Origin: the human T2T-CHM13v2.0 reference genome, Homo sapiens
Assembly (NCBI RefSeq): GCF_009914755.1
Contig: NC_060946.1
Reading direction: 5' to 3' (one strand)
Length of the DNA: 64,000 nucleotides
Shown: piece by piece, positions 32,404-44,478 of the stretch
How positions within the stretch are numbered: position 1 is the stretch's first letter
Layout: each line of letters opens with the position of its first letter
Notes under the pieces: generated by a model
The model's input: only the letters and a program-made list of their open reading frames with translations
The model's database searches: none
Told to the model about the DNA's origin: nothing
Position numbers and translations under genes: made by a program

Positions 32404-32699
32404 TCAGAGATCTCAATTTCTGTTTGCACATGCACAAAAGCAAGGCAATGCAAGAACACAGCAAGAGGAAGCTGTCTGCAAGCCAGGAAGAGAGTCCTTA
32501 CCAAAAATGGAATTGGCTTGAACCCTGATCATGGACTTCTAACCCTGAGAACCATGAGAAAATAAATGTCTGTTGTTGAAGCTTCTGCCCACTCTGAGCC
32601 TTTGTTCATCCTTCCTCCTCTGCACTTCAGTCCCTTTCCTGACTCAGGTGCACCAACACTGCTCAAATCTCTAAATGAGCATCACCTCCTCCATCAAAA

Positions 32700-33140
32700 T
32701 GTAACCCAGGATCCCCGGATTTGGGGATACTCATTGTCCAAAAAGTACCCAGTTGTAACTGTTGCATTTTGAATTTTTGTTGTTTCAAAAGTTTCAAAAA
32801 GAAGCCTAACCCTGGCAAAACCAAAACTGGTTAGCTCCAGAGATGCCTGAATTCGAGTGAACTTTGGGGAATTATCCTCATCACCACACTAAAAAACCCC
32901 ATCCAGGGAGGAGCTTATTGGCTGTTTTCTATGGATGTGACGTCCATAGAAGCATGCTCGGCAACTGCACCTGTACATATAATGGCTCAGCTAATCAGCC
33001 TAATAAATGCCCTGTTTTCACCTTTGTTTGGGGACGCACTGCTTTGGGCACTGTCCCCAATGTCCTCCTTCCTTGTTGCAAGCAATGAAATCCCTGTGTT
33101 AAATCTTCCTTGGTTGTGGTCATTGGACTGCCACCCACCT
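32700..33140 (+). mobile_element. ERV LTR (LTR47-like)
   Basis: Starts TGTAA; ccagggaggagcttatt motif; U5-like ctgctttgggcact...ccttccttgttgcaag. Confidence 0.5.
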
Positions 33141-33261
33141 GATGTGTGTACAACAGAAACATTCCTGACTCCTTACATTGAGCTCTGTATGGGTATCAGT
33201 AACAGTGGTAGCAACAACTAATATTTATTGAGCACTTACTATAATCAGGCTCTCGGCTATG

Positions 33262-33564
33262 CTTTTTTATTTTTTATTTTTTTAAGACAGGGTCTCTCTC
33301 TGTCGCCCAGGCTGGAGTGCAGTGATGCGATCTTGGCTCACTGCAACCTCCGCCTCTAAGTTCAAATGATTCTCCTGCCTCAGCCTTCCAAGCAGCTGGG
33401 ACTACAGGCACGTGCCACCACGCCCAGATAACTTTTGTATTTTTACTAGGGACAGGGTTTCACCATGTTGGCCATGACAGTCTCGAGCTCCTGACCTGAA
33501 GTGATCTGCCTGCCTCAGCCTCCCAAAGTGCTGAGATTACGGGCATGAGCCACCATGCCTGGCC
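33262..33564 (-). mobile_element. AluS within a MIR
   Basis: Dimer; TSD-like ctcggctatgc / ctctgctatgc; MIR core catagatgaggaaactt downstream. Confidence 0.93.
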
Positions 33565-33779
33565 TCTGCTATGCATTTTATCCCCACTATGTCACCTCAT
33601 CTTCACATCCACCCTTAGACAGACAGTATTTCTAGCCCCATTTCATAGATGAGGAAACTTAGGTGAAGCATCTTCCCCAACCGAGTAAGTGGCAGGGCCC
33701 AGATTCCAACGCTGCTGGTCTGACTGCAGAGCCTGCAACCTTGCCTGCTTTTGCAGCATGCTAACATTCACTACCTGAA

Positions 33780-33946
33780 CTGTCTGCTGCTCTGTCCCCA
33801 CCATCAGACTTTGAGTCCACAGGACAGGGACCTTGTCTGATTCACCCCTGTATCTCTGCACCTTCAATGCCCCACACAATGTTTGGCACATCTGGGGCCT
33901 CACAAAGGCTTGAAGAATGAATGAATTAATAAAGGAATGAATGAAT
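33780..33946 (+). mobile_element. L2 3' end
   Basis: gacagggaccttgtctgattcac...gaatgaatgaat. Confidence 0.7.
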
Positions 33947-34681
33947 GCCTCTCCTCACACTTGTAGCCACCTGTCACAGTGATCAGGAAATATCCAGTTC
34001 CTTTGACTGTGGCTACTCACAAAGAATCTCAGTGTGGGATAATGGAAGTTACAGCATGTGCCGTCTGTCCACACAGACTCCAGTCTCCATGCGTGCATGT
34101 CTGAGTGAACAGATAACTCACGCTGAGATTTACTTAGAAGGCATTTAATTCAGCTCACACTTCTGCCGACCAAGCCTATTACTTGCAGAAATCTATTCCA
34201 TGCATTACCATTTTGATTTCCAGTGCTGAGACAGTGGTGGTTTGGTAGCATCCTTTTTTTATTTTTTCTCCTCTCACCAGTTGAGTTACTGTCTGTGTTT
34301 GTGGAATAAATTGCTATACATTGAGTTACCAACACTCTAGAATGGGGAAATATATTCTCAATGCTCTATGGGCAGCTGACAACATTATGGAAATACACAA
34401 AGTGTGTGTCAAAGTTTATGTGAATGGTGATGAGTTGTGATGGATGTTGGAAGAATGGGGGGTAGGATGGGGGGTGAATAGCGGTGCCCTCAGAAAAAGT
34501 GACACTCTCCATGTACCCTTTTCTTCCCACTGCAGCTGGCCTCAGCTTCTCAGACAGGAGTTTTAAAGGTGGAAAGTTAGGGTCAGACAAACAGGAGGAG
34601 CTGGTCACTGGAAAAACAAGTTTGGACAATAAGATAAACAGCCCCCAGAGTCCAGTAAGCATGATGCTGGGGACACTGTAG

Positions 34682-35072
<391 letters not shown>

Positions 35073-36523
35073 TGAGTGTCTCTGGAAGCCGGCCCTTGGG
35101 CACCTTCACAGGCCCCTGGGTGCAGTCCTGAGCCAACAACCGTGTAGTGTGGGAACATGAAAGGCCAGCAACCTTGCTGAGTCGGAACGAACTCTAAGGT
35201 CTAATATATACTGCAGAGCTGCCCACAGAATCAGACTGAAGCTGGGGCTTCACCTGAAGTCACTGCCTTGCTTGGCTTCTCTCCCTTCCCTTTCCTTCTG
35301 GCCCAATTTGCTCACAGCTTTCTCCTGGGAGCACCTCCTGAATATACCATTTGTACATGAAATGTTCATCTCAGGGGCAGCCCCTGAGTGTGTAGTCAGG
35401 GGATCTCAACCAACTGAGAAGGTCTCTGCGTCTGTGTGAGTGGGTTCTGGAAAATCCAGCAGTTGGTGGGGCAGCAGTGCCCAGGGGCACAGGATGGGAG
35501 TTAAGGGCAGCAAGGGAATCTCCAGAAAACCCAAGTGCCTGGCGGACAGTCAGCTCCCATCTCATACCAAGCCAAAGATCATGAAGCCATAGGATGCTGT
35601 TAACAGGCACATAAGAACTGTGCTGACCCACTTTCCTTCTTTCCACACTTCTCTACCCAATACTCCACAGCAAAAGGAATCAGAAACAGCAGATCTTAGT
35701 GAAAAAGAGAAAAGGGCTATCCCCCTTCCCAAAGCCAGTGTCCTGTCTGCAGCTAGTCCCAGCTGGATGGGGGAAGGAGGAGTGTTACCTTGGGAAGAGA
35801 CTCAGGTTCTGTTTTGCAACTCCCACTGACCATAGGGCTTTGTCTTGCCTCCAGTGACAGACAGAGTCATGGAGATGAGCAGAGTTTTCATCCAAGGACA
35901 GGGAAAGGACAGCCATCCTCCAGCCAGCATTAGAGGGACAGAGTGAAATAATAACAAAGTGGCTTTCATGAGTATCCCTTTAAGCACTAAATGTTCCGCA
36001 TGCAATTTACACATCTAATAAGTACTTCCCATTGGTATTATGGTTACCATTTGTCTTATCATTGATTTGCTAGGTATAATGGTTTCTTATTGCCCCTAGA
36101 GGGACATGCTGTCAACAAGAATGTACCGGTGAGAATGGAGGCAGAAAGATCAGTTAGGAGGCAGCTATGGTAAGACATGATGTAGCAAATCCCGGGAACT
36201 GGCTACTCTAAGCCATCTGCACACCCCCTGCCCCTGCACACTCACTCGAGCCCCTCCCCAGTAAAAAAGACAAAGGCTCTCAATTAGGAGTTATGGCCTG
36301 GAATGAGGAAGTGACGCCTGGAGAAGCAGCAACTACCCTGTGACCACAAGAACCAGTGCCAACACTGAGGATACTGGAGTAGAAACAGGAGGAGGCACCA
36401 GGGTCCCTGATGACATTTTTGGGCATTTGTTCCAGTTCTGGACTGCCTGCCCCAGACTTCCTTTTGCATGTAATAATACACCCTTCACCTTTGTAAGCAA
36501 TGGAGCTGTTTTCTGTTACTCAA

Positions 36524-36900
36524 TGTCAGGCCTCTGGGCCCAAGACTGCACATACATATCCAGATGGCCTGAAGTAACTGAAGAATGACAAAAGAAGTGA
36601 AAATGGCCTATACCTGCCTTAACTGATGACATTACCTTGTGAAATTCCTTCTCCTGGCTCATCCTGGCTCAAAAGCTCCCCCACTGAGCACCTTGTGACC
36701 CCCACCCCTGCCAGACAGAGAACAACCCCCTTTGACTGTAATTTTCCACTACCTACTCCACTCCTATAAAACGGCCCCACCCCTATCTCCCTTTGCTGAC
36801 TCTCTTTTCGGACTCAGCCCACCTGCACCCAGGTGATTAAAAAGCTTTATTGCTCACACAAAGCCTGTTTGGTGGTCTCTTCACAGGGACACACATGAAA
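36524..36900 (+). mobile_element. HERV-H solo LTR (LTR7 family, LTR7B-like)
   Basis: tgtcaggcctctg...gattaaaaagctttattgctcacacaaagcctgtttggtggtctcttcaca; TATA box tataaaa; perfect 5-bp TSD ctcaa. Confidence 0.93.
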
Positions 36901-37149
36901 CTCAATCCTGACCAATATGAGGCATGAGAGCCTGGCCTAGAGAAGTTGTGGAGGACAGCGGAGAGGAAGTACTTAATACTTAGGAGGTGGTAGAATTGAC
37001 AACACTTTATGCCTAACCAGACATGAGGGGAGGAGGAAGTCAGGGAGGAAAGAATGTCTTCCCCAACATAAGGAATACAGCAGGAGAAACAGGTTTCAGT
37101 GGTAAAATCAGAGGTGCATCATCATCATGTCAATAAGCTGCTTCAGACC

Positions 37150-37503
37150 GTATTGTTTTCCCCCGAATTCTTATATTGAAGCCTTAACTCCCAGTGAGAC
37201 TGTATTTGGGGCTAGGGCCTTTGGGAGATAATTAGGCTTAATGAGGTCATGAGGGTGGGGTCCTCGTGATGGGATTAGTGCCCTTATAAGAAGAGAAACA
37301 GACATCAGCGCTCTCCCTCTGTCTTGTGAGGACACAGTGAGAAGGCAGCTTTCTGCAAGCCTGGAAAAGGGTCCTCACCAGACCCTACCACACTGCACCC
37401 TGATCTCAGACTTCCAGCCTCCAGAACTGTGAGAAATCAATGTCTGTTATTTAAGCCACACTGTCTATGATATTTCATTAGGGCAGCCTGAGCAGACTAA
37501 TAT
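37150..37503 (+). mobile_element. MLT1A-type LTR
   Basis: gggattagtgcccttataagaagag...ccagcctccagaactgtgagaaat...gcagactaa. Confidence 0.88.
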
Positions 37504-37859
37504 GTAAATGCTGTGCATTGTGCTAAGAAAACAGGTTTTCCCTGTTGTCCCAAAATTCTGCATAAACCCCCAAACTAGGGACAATGGGCATGAAATCCTC
37601 TCACATTCTAAAAAGCACAGTGACATAGCCATGCAAGATGAGCCAAGAAAGGACAGAAGTACCTCTGCCCCACAGCCATCACCCCTTCCCAAGCCCCTCC
37701 AACCTTTATCAGCAAAAGACCTGGAGGAATTCCAGAGGACTCACTAGACAAGGGAGTATTTGAAATATGGGGAGAGCGCTGTGTCTTTTCGTTTCCTGCT
37801 GTACGGCCCTGGCTCCCACCCAAGCCAACTTCAAGAAAGTCATTTGCAAAGATTAGGGC

Positions 37860-38290
37860 TATGGCATCGTTTGGGTTCCCCAGAAGGAGACCTTGAGGCA
37901 AGAATCCAAGGACACGTGACTAACTTGAGAGATTATCCAAGGAAACTCCAGGAGGGGAATAAGAAAGAGCTGGAGAAAGAACGGCAGTGAAAAGGGTGTG
38001 GTTATTGAGAAGTGACCACTGTGGATGAGAGGGAATTCATCCTGCTGTGAAACACTGGGAGCTAGTGAGGAAGACGACTTTCAGAGTCATCCCACCAGGG
38101 GGCAAGGGACCTGGGCATTTATTAATACACGCCAACACTCACCAGTCATCATGGAGGGCTGCTGCTGTGGTGTTAATTTCCTGGTACTTAGGCCCACTAC
38201 TCTGGCCCGGGGCCTGGCCACTGTAGAACGCCCTCAGGCAAAGAGATACAGGGGCTGCCCTGGAGGTTAGCCAGTGAGCACTTTAGCAGA
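37860..38290 (-). mobile_element. old ERVL LTR (LTR40/41-like)
   Basis: tttgggttccccagaaggagaccttgaggcaag antisense U5 motif. Confidence 0.5.
38092..38105 (+). promoter_or_regulatory. candidate CTCF motif
   Basis: CCACCAGGGGGCAA matches the core CCASYAGRKGGCR. Confidence 0.4.
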
Positions 38291-38959
38291 GACAAGGAAT
38301 GTAGGTAGGAGACATTGCCCACATCCCAGCATCTGCTAGGGGCTGCCTGAAAGAAAAGGACCCTAGATCTGTGTTTCTGCAGCAGACTCTCTGATCTGCC
38401 CCTTAAGTCTAACAGAACAGGGGAGAAAAGACCTGGAGCGAGGCACAGGGTAGGGGGTGGAGGTGCAGCAGCAGGCACTCCCACTATAGCATGGCAAAGA
38501 TGCGTGAGTCTCCCACAGGCGGAGAGAACACCACTGAAGGACCAAGACTTGAGCAATTTCCACGTCCAAAGATCCTAATCATTACCCAAGGAGACTTGAG
38601 TGGCAAGAAGCTGTGGGCTCCCCCTGGCAACGATGGGGGCTAATGGGGTGGTCAGGGCTCCCACAAGAGCTCTTCACGAGGACCTCTGAAGAACCCACAC
38701 AGGCACCCTGAGAAACAGCTAGCATCCTGCCCATTGCTCCCAACCTTTCCCATCCCTCTCCCGGCGCAGGTCTCTGGGGCTGGGTCAAGCCTGAGCGGGA
38801 GGGTGGGAAAGAGGAGCATTAAATGAAAAACCAGATTGAAGTACTTAGCTGCAAATGACCAAAAATCTCAAGGATCTGCCTACGATATTGTAAGAAAGAT
38901 AAGAGTAGAGCAGAATATGCCCCCACCTGGTTCAGACAGTTCAATACATCCTTGATAAC

Positions 38960-39170
38960 AACCAGCTATTGAGTACCAGACACACAGCGAGGTGTTCCTC
39001 AGGGCTGAGCTCATCTAATCCTCTCAGCAACCTTAGGGGAAGGTGTTACTGTCCCTACTGTACAGCTGAGAAGTGTGAGGCTTAGAGAAGCTACACAGTT
39101 TGCTCAGGATCATACAGGCAACGCATAGCAGAGTCTAAATTCAAACTCGGACCATTTTCATTCTGGTGCC
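38960..39170 (-). mobile_element. MIR
   Basis: tacagctgagaagtgtgaggcttagaga...tttgctcaggatcatacag. Confidence 0.6.
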
Positions 39171-39184
39171 TTGTTCATCAACTG

Positions 39185-39465
39185 GTAGGTAAATTATGGT
39201 ATACCCATACAATAGAATACTAGTCAGTAACAAGAAGAAATGAATGACAGATGCATGACGGAACCTGGATGAATCACAAAAACGTTATGCTGAATGAAAG
39301 CAGGCAGACACAGAAGACTACTTTCTGTAGGATTCCATGTATATGAAATTCTAGAAAAGGCAAAGCACAGTGCCAGGGAACAGATCAGTAGTTGCCAGAA
39401 GCCAAAGACTGGAGAAGAAATGGGGCATGGGAAGCTTTCTGGGGTGGTAAAAATGTTCTATACCA
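39185..39465 (+). mobile_element. L1M 3'UTR fragment
   Basis: ggtatacccatacaatagaatact...gattccatgtatatgaaattctagaaaaggcaaa. Confidence 0.75.
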
Positions 39466-39773
39466 TGGCCAGATTCTGTGGCTCATGCATGTAATCCCAG
39501 CACCTAAAGGTGTTAGCAGAGCCAAGGAGGCTCTAGCCATGTGAGGGCATGGGCTGGAGAGGAGGACAGAACTAGAGAAATAAAATGAAATGACAGGTGG
39601 TAGAGTTGAGAAAGGGATGGACAGGGAGCAAATCCTAGAGTAAACATCTGACTGAAAAGAGACTTAGAGATGAACTCTAATCCAATGCCTGCCCCCACCT
39701 TTAAAGTTGGGGAACTGAGACCCAAAGAGAAGATTAAAGCAGCGGCAGTGGTGCTGGGGGGGCTGTTTACCTC

Positions 39774-40139
39774 TGTATTGGTCCATTTCACACGACTCTA
39801 AATAACTGCCTGAGACTGGGTAATTTATAAAGAAAAGAGATTTAATTGACTCACAGTTCCACGTGGCTGGGGAGGCCTCAGTAAACTTACCATCATGGCA
39901 GAACGGGAAGCAGCCATATCTCACACGGCAGCAGGAGAGGACGCTTGTGAAGGAAGTGAAGGGGGAGGAGCCCCTTATAAAACCATCAGATCTCGTGAGA
40001 ACTCACTCACTATCACGAGAACGGCATGGGGGGAACCGCCCTCATGATCCAATCACCTCCCACCTGGTTCCTCCCTCAACACCTGGGGAGTACAGGTCAA
40101 GATGAGGTTTGGGTGGGGACACAGAGCCTAACCATCTCA
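39774..40139 (-). mobile_element. MST/THE1D-type solo LTR
   Basis: tgtattggtcc...accatctca; perfect TSD acctc. Confidence 0.92.
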
Positions 40140-40354
40140 ACCTCCTTTATTTCATTCTTTCAACAAACATTTACAAACAGCTTGTTCTACATAGCAGACA
40201 GTCCAAGTCAAACAGGGCAGAGCCCCTGCTCTCCGGGAGTCCACAGCCGGAAGACGGACAGCCAGATGCCCTGGAAATTTACACTTCATGATGCTCAAGA
40301 CGCTCAATGTCCCAGTCCCCCAGGCTGAGTTACCAAAGTATTGACATAAGAAAG

Positions 40355-40520
40355 GGGACTACAGATTTGAGGAGCCCGCAACTTATTCAGGAAGCCCTCT
40401 TATGGGAAAATGATACGAAATTATAAATGCAAAGTTAGGTACAAAAGCAGAAGGGGTCTGTACAGGTGAGAAGTCCTGAAGCTTAAGCTTCTTTAGCTTT
40501 TACAGCAATTCCTTCCCTGA
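40355..40520. mobile_element. MER53-like hAT MITE
   Basis: cctgaagcttaagcttctttagctt terminus. Confidence 0.55.
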
Positions 40521-40568
40521 CCACACCTGAATTCAAGGGCAAAAACATACTTCTGAACTGGGCCAACA

Positions 40569-40582
40569 GCGCCCTCTAGCGG
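40569..40582 (-). promoter_or_regulatory. candidate CTCF site
   Basis: Minus strand reads CCGCTAGAGGGCGC, a strong CTCF core with both CpGs retained, outside recognisable repeats. Confidence 0.6.
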
Positions 40583-40990
40583 ACCCACAGAGGAAGGCCT
40601 CAAGGAGCTCTGAGCTTTGGACACACCCACGCAGGCAGCGTAAAGCCAAGCAGGTAAATTTGGCCATCGGCTTCCTAGACACTTTCTCATCAGCCCATAG
40701 ACCTGCCCTTCCTAACCCTAGAGGTGTGCAATTATTATTAGAAGCTTAGAGCTCAGCGTCCAGATGGACAGTTCCTTGTAGTTCCTTGATTTGGGGCAGG
40801 TAACTTAACCTTTCCACGCTTGTTTCCTTTACTGCAAATAAGTTGTGTCATAATGAGATTAAGTAAGTACCTACTTCAGAGGATGGTTGTAAAAATTAAA
40901 TGAGATGACTCACTTTTATGATGTCTCTAAAATTAATTTTAAATAGACTCACTTCTAAGTGCTTTATACAAAGGGCACTTTGATGTGTAA

Positions 40991-41377
<387 letters not shown>

Positions 41378-41534
41378 TAAAGAGTGAGGTGGGAGTTTAT
41401 TCATCTCCCCATTCCCCCCAGCACATCCCTGGCTCATGGCCCATCACAGGAAAAGTCACTTCATGGATCAATGTCTGGAGAGGGTACAATGTCGGTGTGA
41501 GATGAATGAATACTAAGTGAGTACTCTTCATGTT

Positions 41535-41978
41535 TTCTTCTAACTTTATATTTTAATATAATTTCAGATTTAGAGAAAAGTTGCAAGAATAATGAAGGAT
41601 GAATTATCAGGGGCTCTTCTTCCAAATTCCCCAAAACATGCACATTAAACTCAGGGCCTTCTGTGTCCTCTGCCCCTTTCTCTCTCGATATGCTTGAGTG
41701 TGTGTGCATCATCTTCTGAACCATCTCCAGTTAGTTGCAGATGTGGTCCTCTTTTGCCCCCAAATCTTCAGTACATAGTTCCTAAAAAGAAGGACATTCC
41801 CTTATATAACTGCAATTCACTTATCAAAATCAGGAATTTGGCATAAATTCAATACTATTATCTACCCTGCAAACCTTATTTAGATTTTACCAACTTGTCC
41901 CAATAATGTCATCTACCCAAAAGAAAATCCGAGATCGTGCATGGCATTCCACTGTTACCTCCTTTCAATCCGACCAGA
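41535..41978 (-). mobile_element. L1MC-type 3' end
   Basis: ataatttcagatttagagaaaagttgcaagaat...aaggacattcccttatataac. Confidence 0.7.
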
Positions 41979-43255
41979 TTCCTCCCTCAACACCTGGGGG
42001 GTACAGGTCAAGATGAGATTTGGGTGGGGACACAGAGCCTAATCATCTTAACCTCCTCTATTTTATTCATTCAACAAGCATTTACAAACAGCTGACCCTA
42101 AGCAAGCAACTGGAATTGAAAGACCAGCAGGAAAGTAATGGGATATCAACCCTCCCTCATCACACCATTTGCTTTTTACTTATTTATTTGCAACCGTAGT
42201 TTTACATATGATAAGTTCCTCCAAAGAGAAGAGGGAAGAGAACTCTGATCCCTCCCCTCTGAAGTTTAAATTATTAAAATACACCTTATGGACTGGGGTA
42301 GCCTCAACTGGAGCCCAATTGCTGAAAGGACAGGACAGACCCTGGGAGGAAGTTTGCCCTGGGATGGATAGCTGGGAATTAAGGGGCATGATGATAGGAG
42401 CCTGGACAAGTAACCAGGAATCAACCCTGAGAATTCTGTCCTCAGAGAATTCTGATCCATCATAACCCATTCATGGTCCAGCCACCTGGCACTGTGGTCA
42501 TGCCTTGGAGACAAGATATGGTGTCCATCCTCAAGGAACTCATCACTGAAGAGCTCCTGGGACACTTGGGGACCATGTTTGTCATGTGATCATGTGCTTG
42601 CCAGGTGACTCCCCTGACTAAGCATAAGCAAAGAGCTGAGGAAGGTGAAGCTGTGCTCACAGGAGGTGGGCAGCTCTGTTGGAGCCATATCACTGCAGAT
42701 ATTCTGAAAATCACAAGGTCATCAGGGAAGGGTTCTTCAGGCAAGGAGAGGCAGAATGAAAGCCAAATCCTGAGACTGCGCAAGAACCTCTGGGCACCTG
42801 GGAAAATTTGGGGAACTAGAGAAAGCTGGACCCCTTCTGAGTAAATTAAGTGAGGGCTCAGAGCTGTTGCCATTTGAACAGGCTTCTATAGGAGAGACTG
42901 TGCTTGGGTCCAGGGAATGGAGAACTTCAGAATTAACATTCCCTGAATCCTTGGTCATTGCAATAGAGTTATCAGCCTTCAGACAGAAGGAAAGAGGGAA
43001 ACAAAACTTGTCTCTTGGAATCCAAGTTCCCAGACACCAGCCAAGGACCAAACCCACAAGTAGCCTTTTCTAAGGACAGCAGTCTTCACTCTTTTCTACA
43101 CATAGATCTTTTTACTGTGGCTGCTTTTTGAGATTTTCTCTTCATCATTGGTTTTAAGCAATTAGATTATGATATACCTTGATGCAGTTTTTACGTTTGA
43201 GGGTTTGGAAATTTTTGACCCATTATTTCTGCAAATTTTTTTTAGTATTCGTTCT

Positions 43256-44348
43256 CTATTTTTCCTTCCAACTTTTATTTTAGGTTTAGGGTACATGTGC
43301 ATGATTGTTACATGGGTAAATTGTGTGTCACAGGGGTTTGGTGTACAGATTACTTCATCACCCAGGTAATAAGCATAGTACACAATAGGTAGTTATTTGA
43401 TCCTCACCCTCTTCCTACCCTACACCTTCAAATAGGCCCCAGTGTCTACTGTTCCCTTCTTTGAGTCCATGTGCACTCATTGTTTAGCTCCCACTTGTAA
43501 GTGAGAACATGCGGCATTTGGTTTTCTGTTCCTGTGTTGATTTTCTCAGGATAATGACCTCTTGCTCCATCCATGCTGCTGCAGCAAAAAAACATGATTT
43601 TGTTATTTTTGTGGCTGTGTAGTATTCCATGGTATAAACGTACTACATTTTCTTTATCCAATTTACCATTGATGGGCACCTAAGTTGATTCCACGTCTTT
43701 GCTATTGTGATAATGAATGCTGTAATGAACATATACGTACATGTACCTTTATAGTAGAATGATTTATACTCCTACAGGTATATACCCAGTAATGAGATTG
43801 CTGCGTCAAATGGTAGTTCTGTTTTAAGTTCTTTGAGAAATCTCCAAATTGCTTTCCACAGTGGCTGAACTAATTTACGCTCCCACCAGCAGTGTATAAG
43901 CATTCCCTTTTCTCTGCAACCTTGCCAGCATCTGTTAGTTTTTGGCTTTTTAATTAGTCATTCTGACGGGTGTGAGATAGTATCTCACTGTGGTTTTGAT
44001 TTGCATTTCTCTAATGATTAATGATATTGAGCATTTTTTCATATGCTTGTTGGCTGTGTGTTACATCTTCTTTTGAAAACTGTCTGTTCATGTCCTTTGC
44101 CCATTTTTTAATGGGGTTGTTTGGTTTTCGCTTGTTAATTTGTTTAAGTTCCTCATAGATTCTGGTTATTAGACCCTTGTTGGATGCATAGTTTGCAAAT
44201 ATTTTCTCCTATTCTGTAGGTTATGCAGAAGCCCTTTAGTTTAATTAGCTTCCATTTGTCCATTTTTGGTTTTATTGCAATTACTTTAGGTGTCTTTGTC
44301 ATGGAATCTTTGCCAGGGCTTATGTCTAGAATGGTATTTCCTAGGTTA
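43256..44348 (-). mobile_element. L1PA15/16-like 3' end
   Basis: L1PA-type 3'UTR and ORF2 C-terminal region. Confidence 0.88.
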
Positions 44349-44478
44349 CCATCAGACCTGCCTTACAAGAGATCCTTAAGGGAGGGCTAAATATGGAAAC
44401 GAAAAACTATTACCAGCCACCACAAAAGCACACTTAAGTACACCATTGACGCCATGAAGCAACTACACACTCAAGTCT
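44346..44478 (+). mobile_element. Inverted L1 segment (ORF1 end / inter-ORF)
   Basis: ccatcagacctgccttacaagagatccttaagggagggctaaatatggaaa is sense L1 ORF1 C-terminus. Confidence 0.8.

Noticed and set aside
42238-42459. Repeated gagaa(c/t)tctgatcc 14-mer (ENSDPS twice in one ORF)
   Set aside because: Too short to exclude chance; no element recognised between the copies
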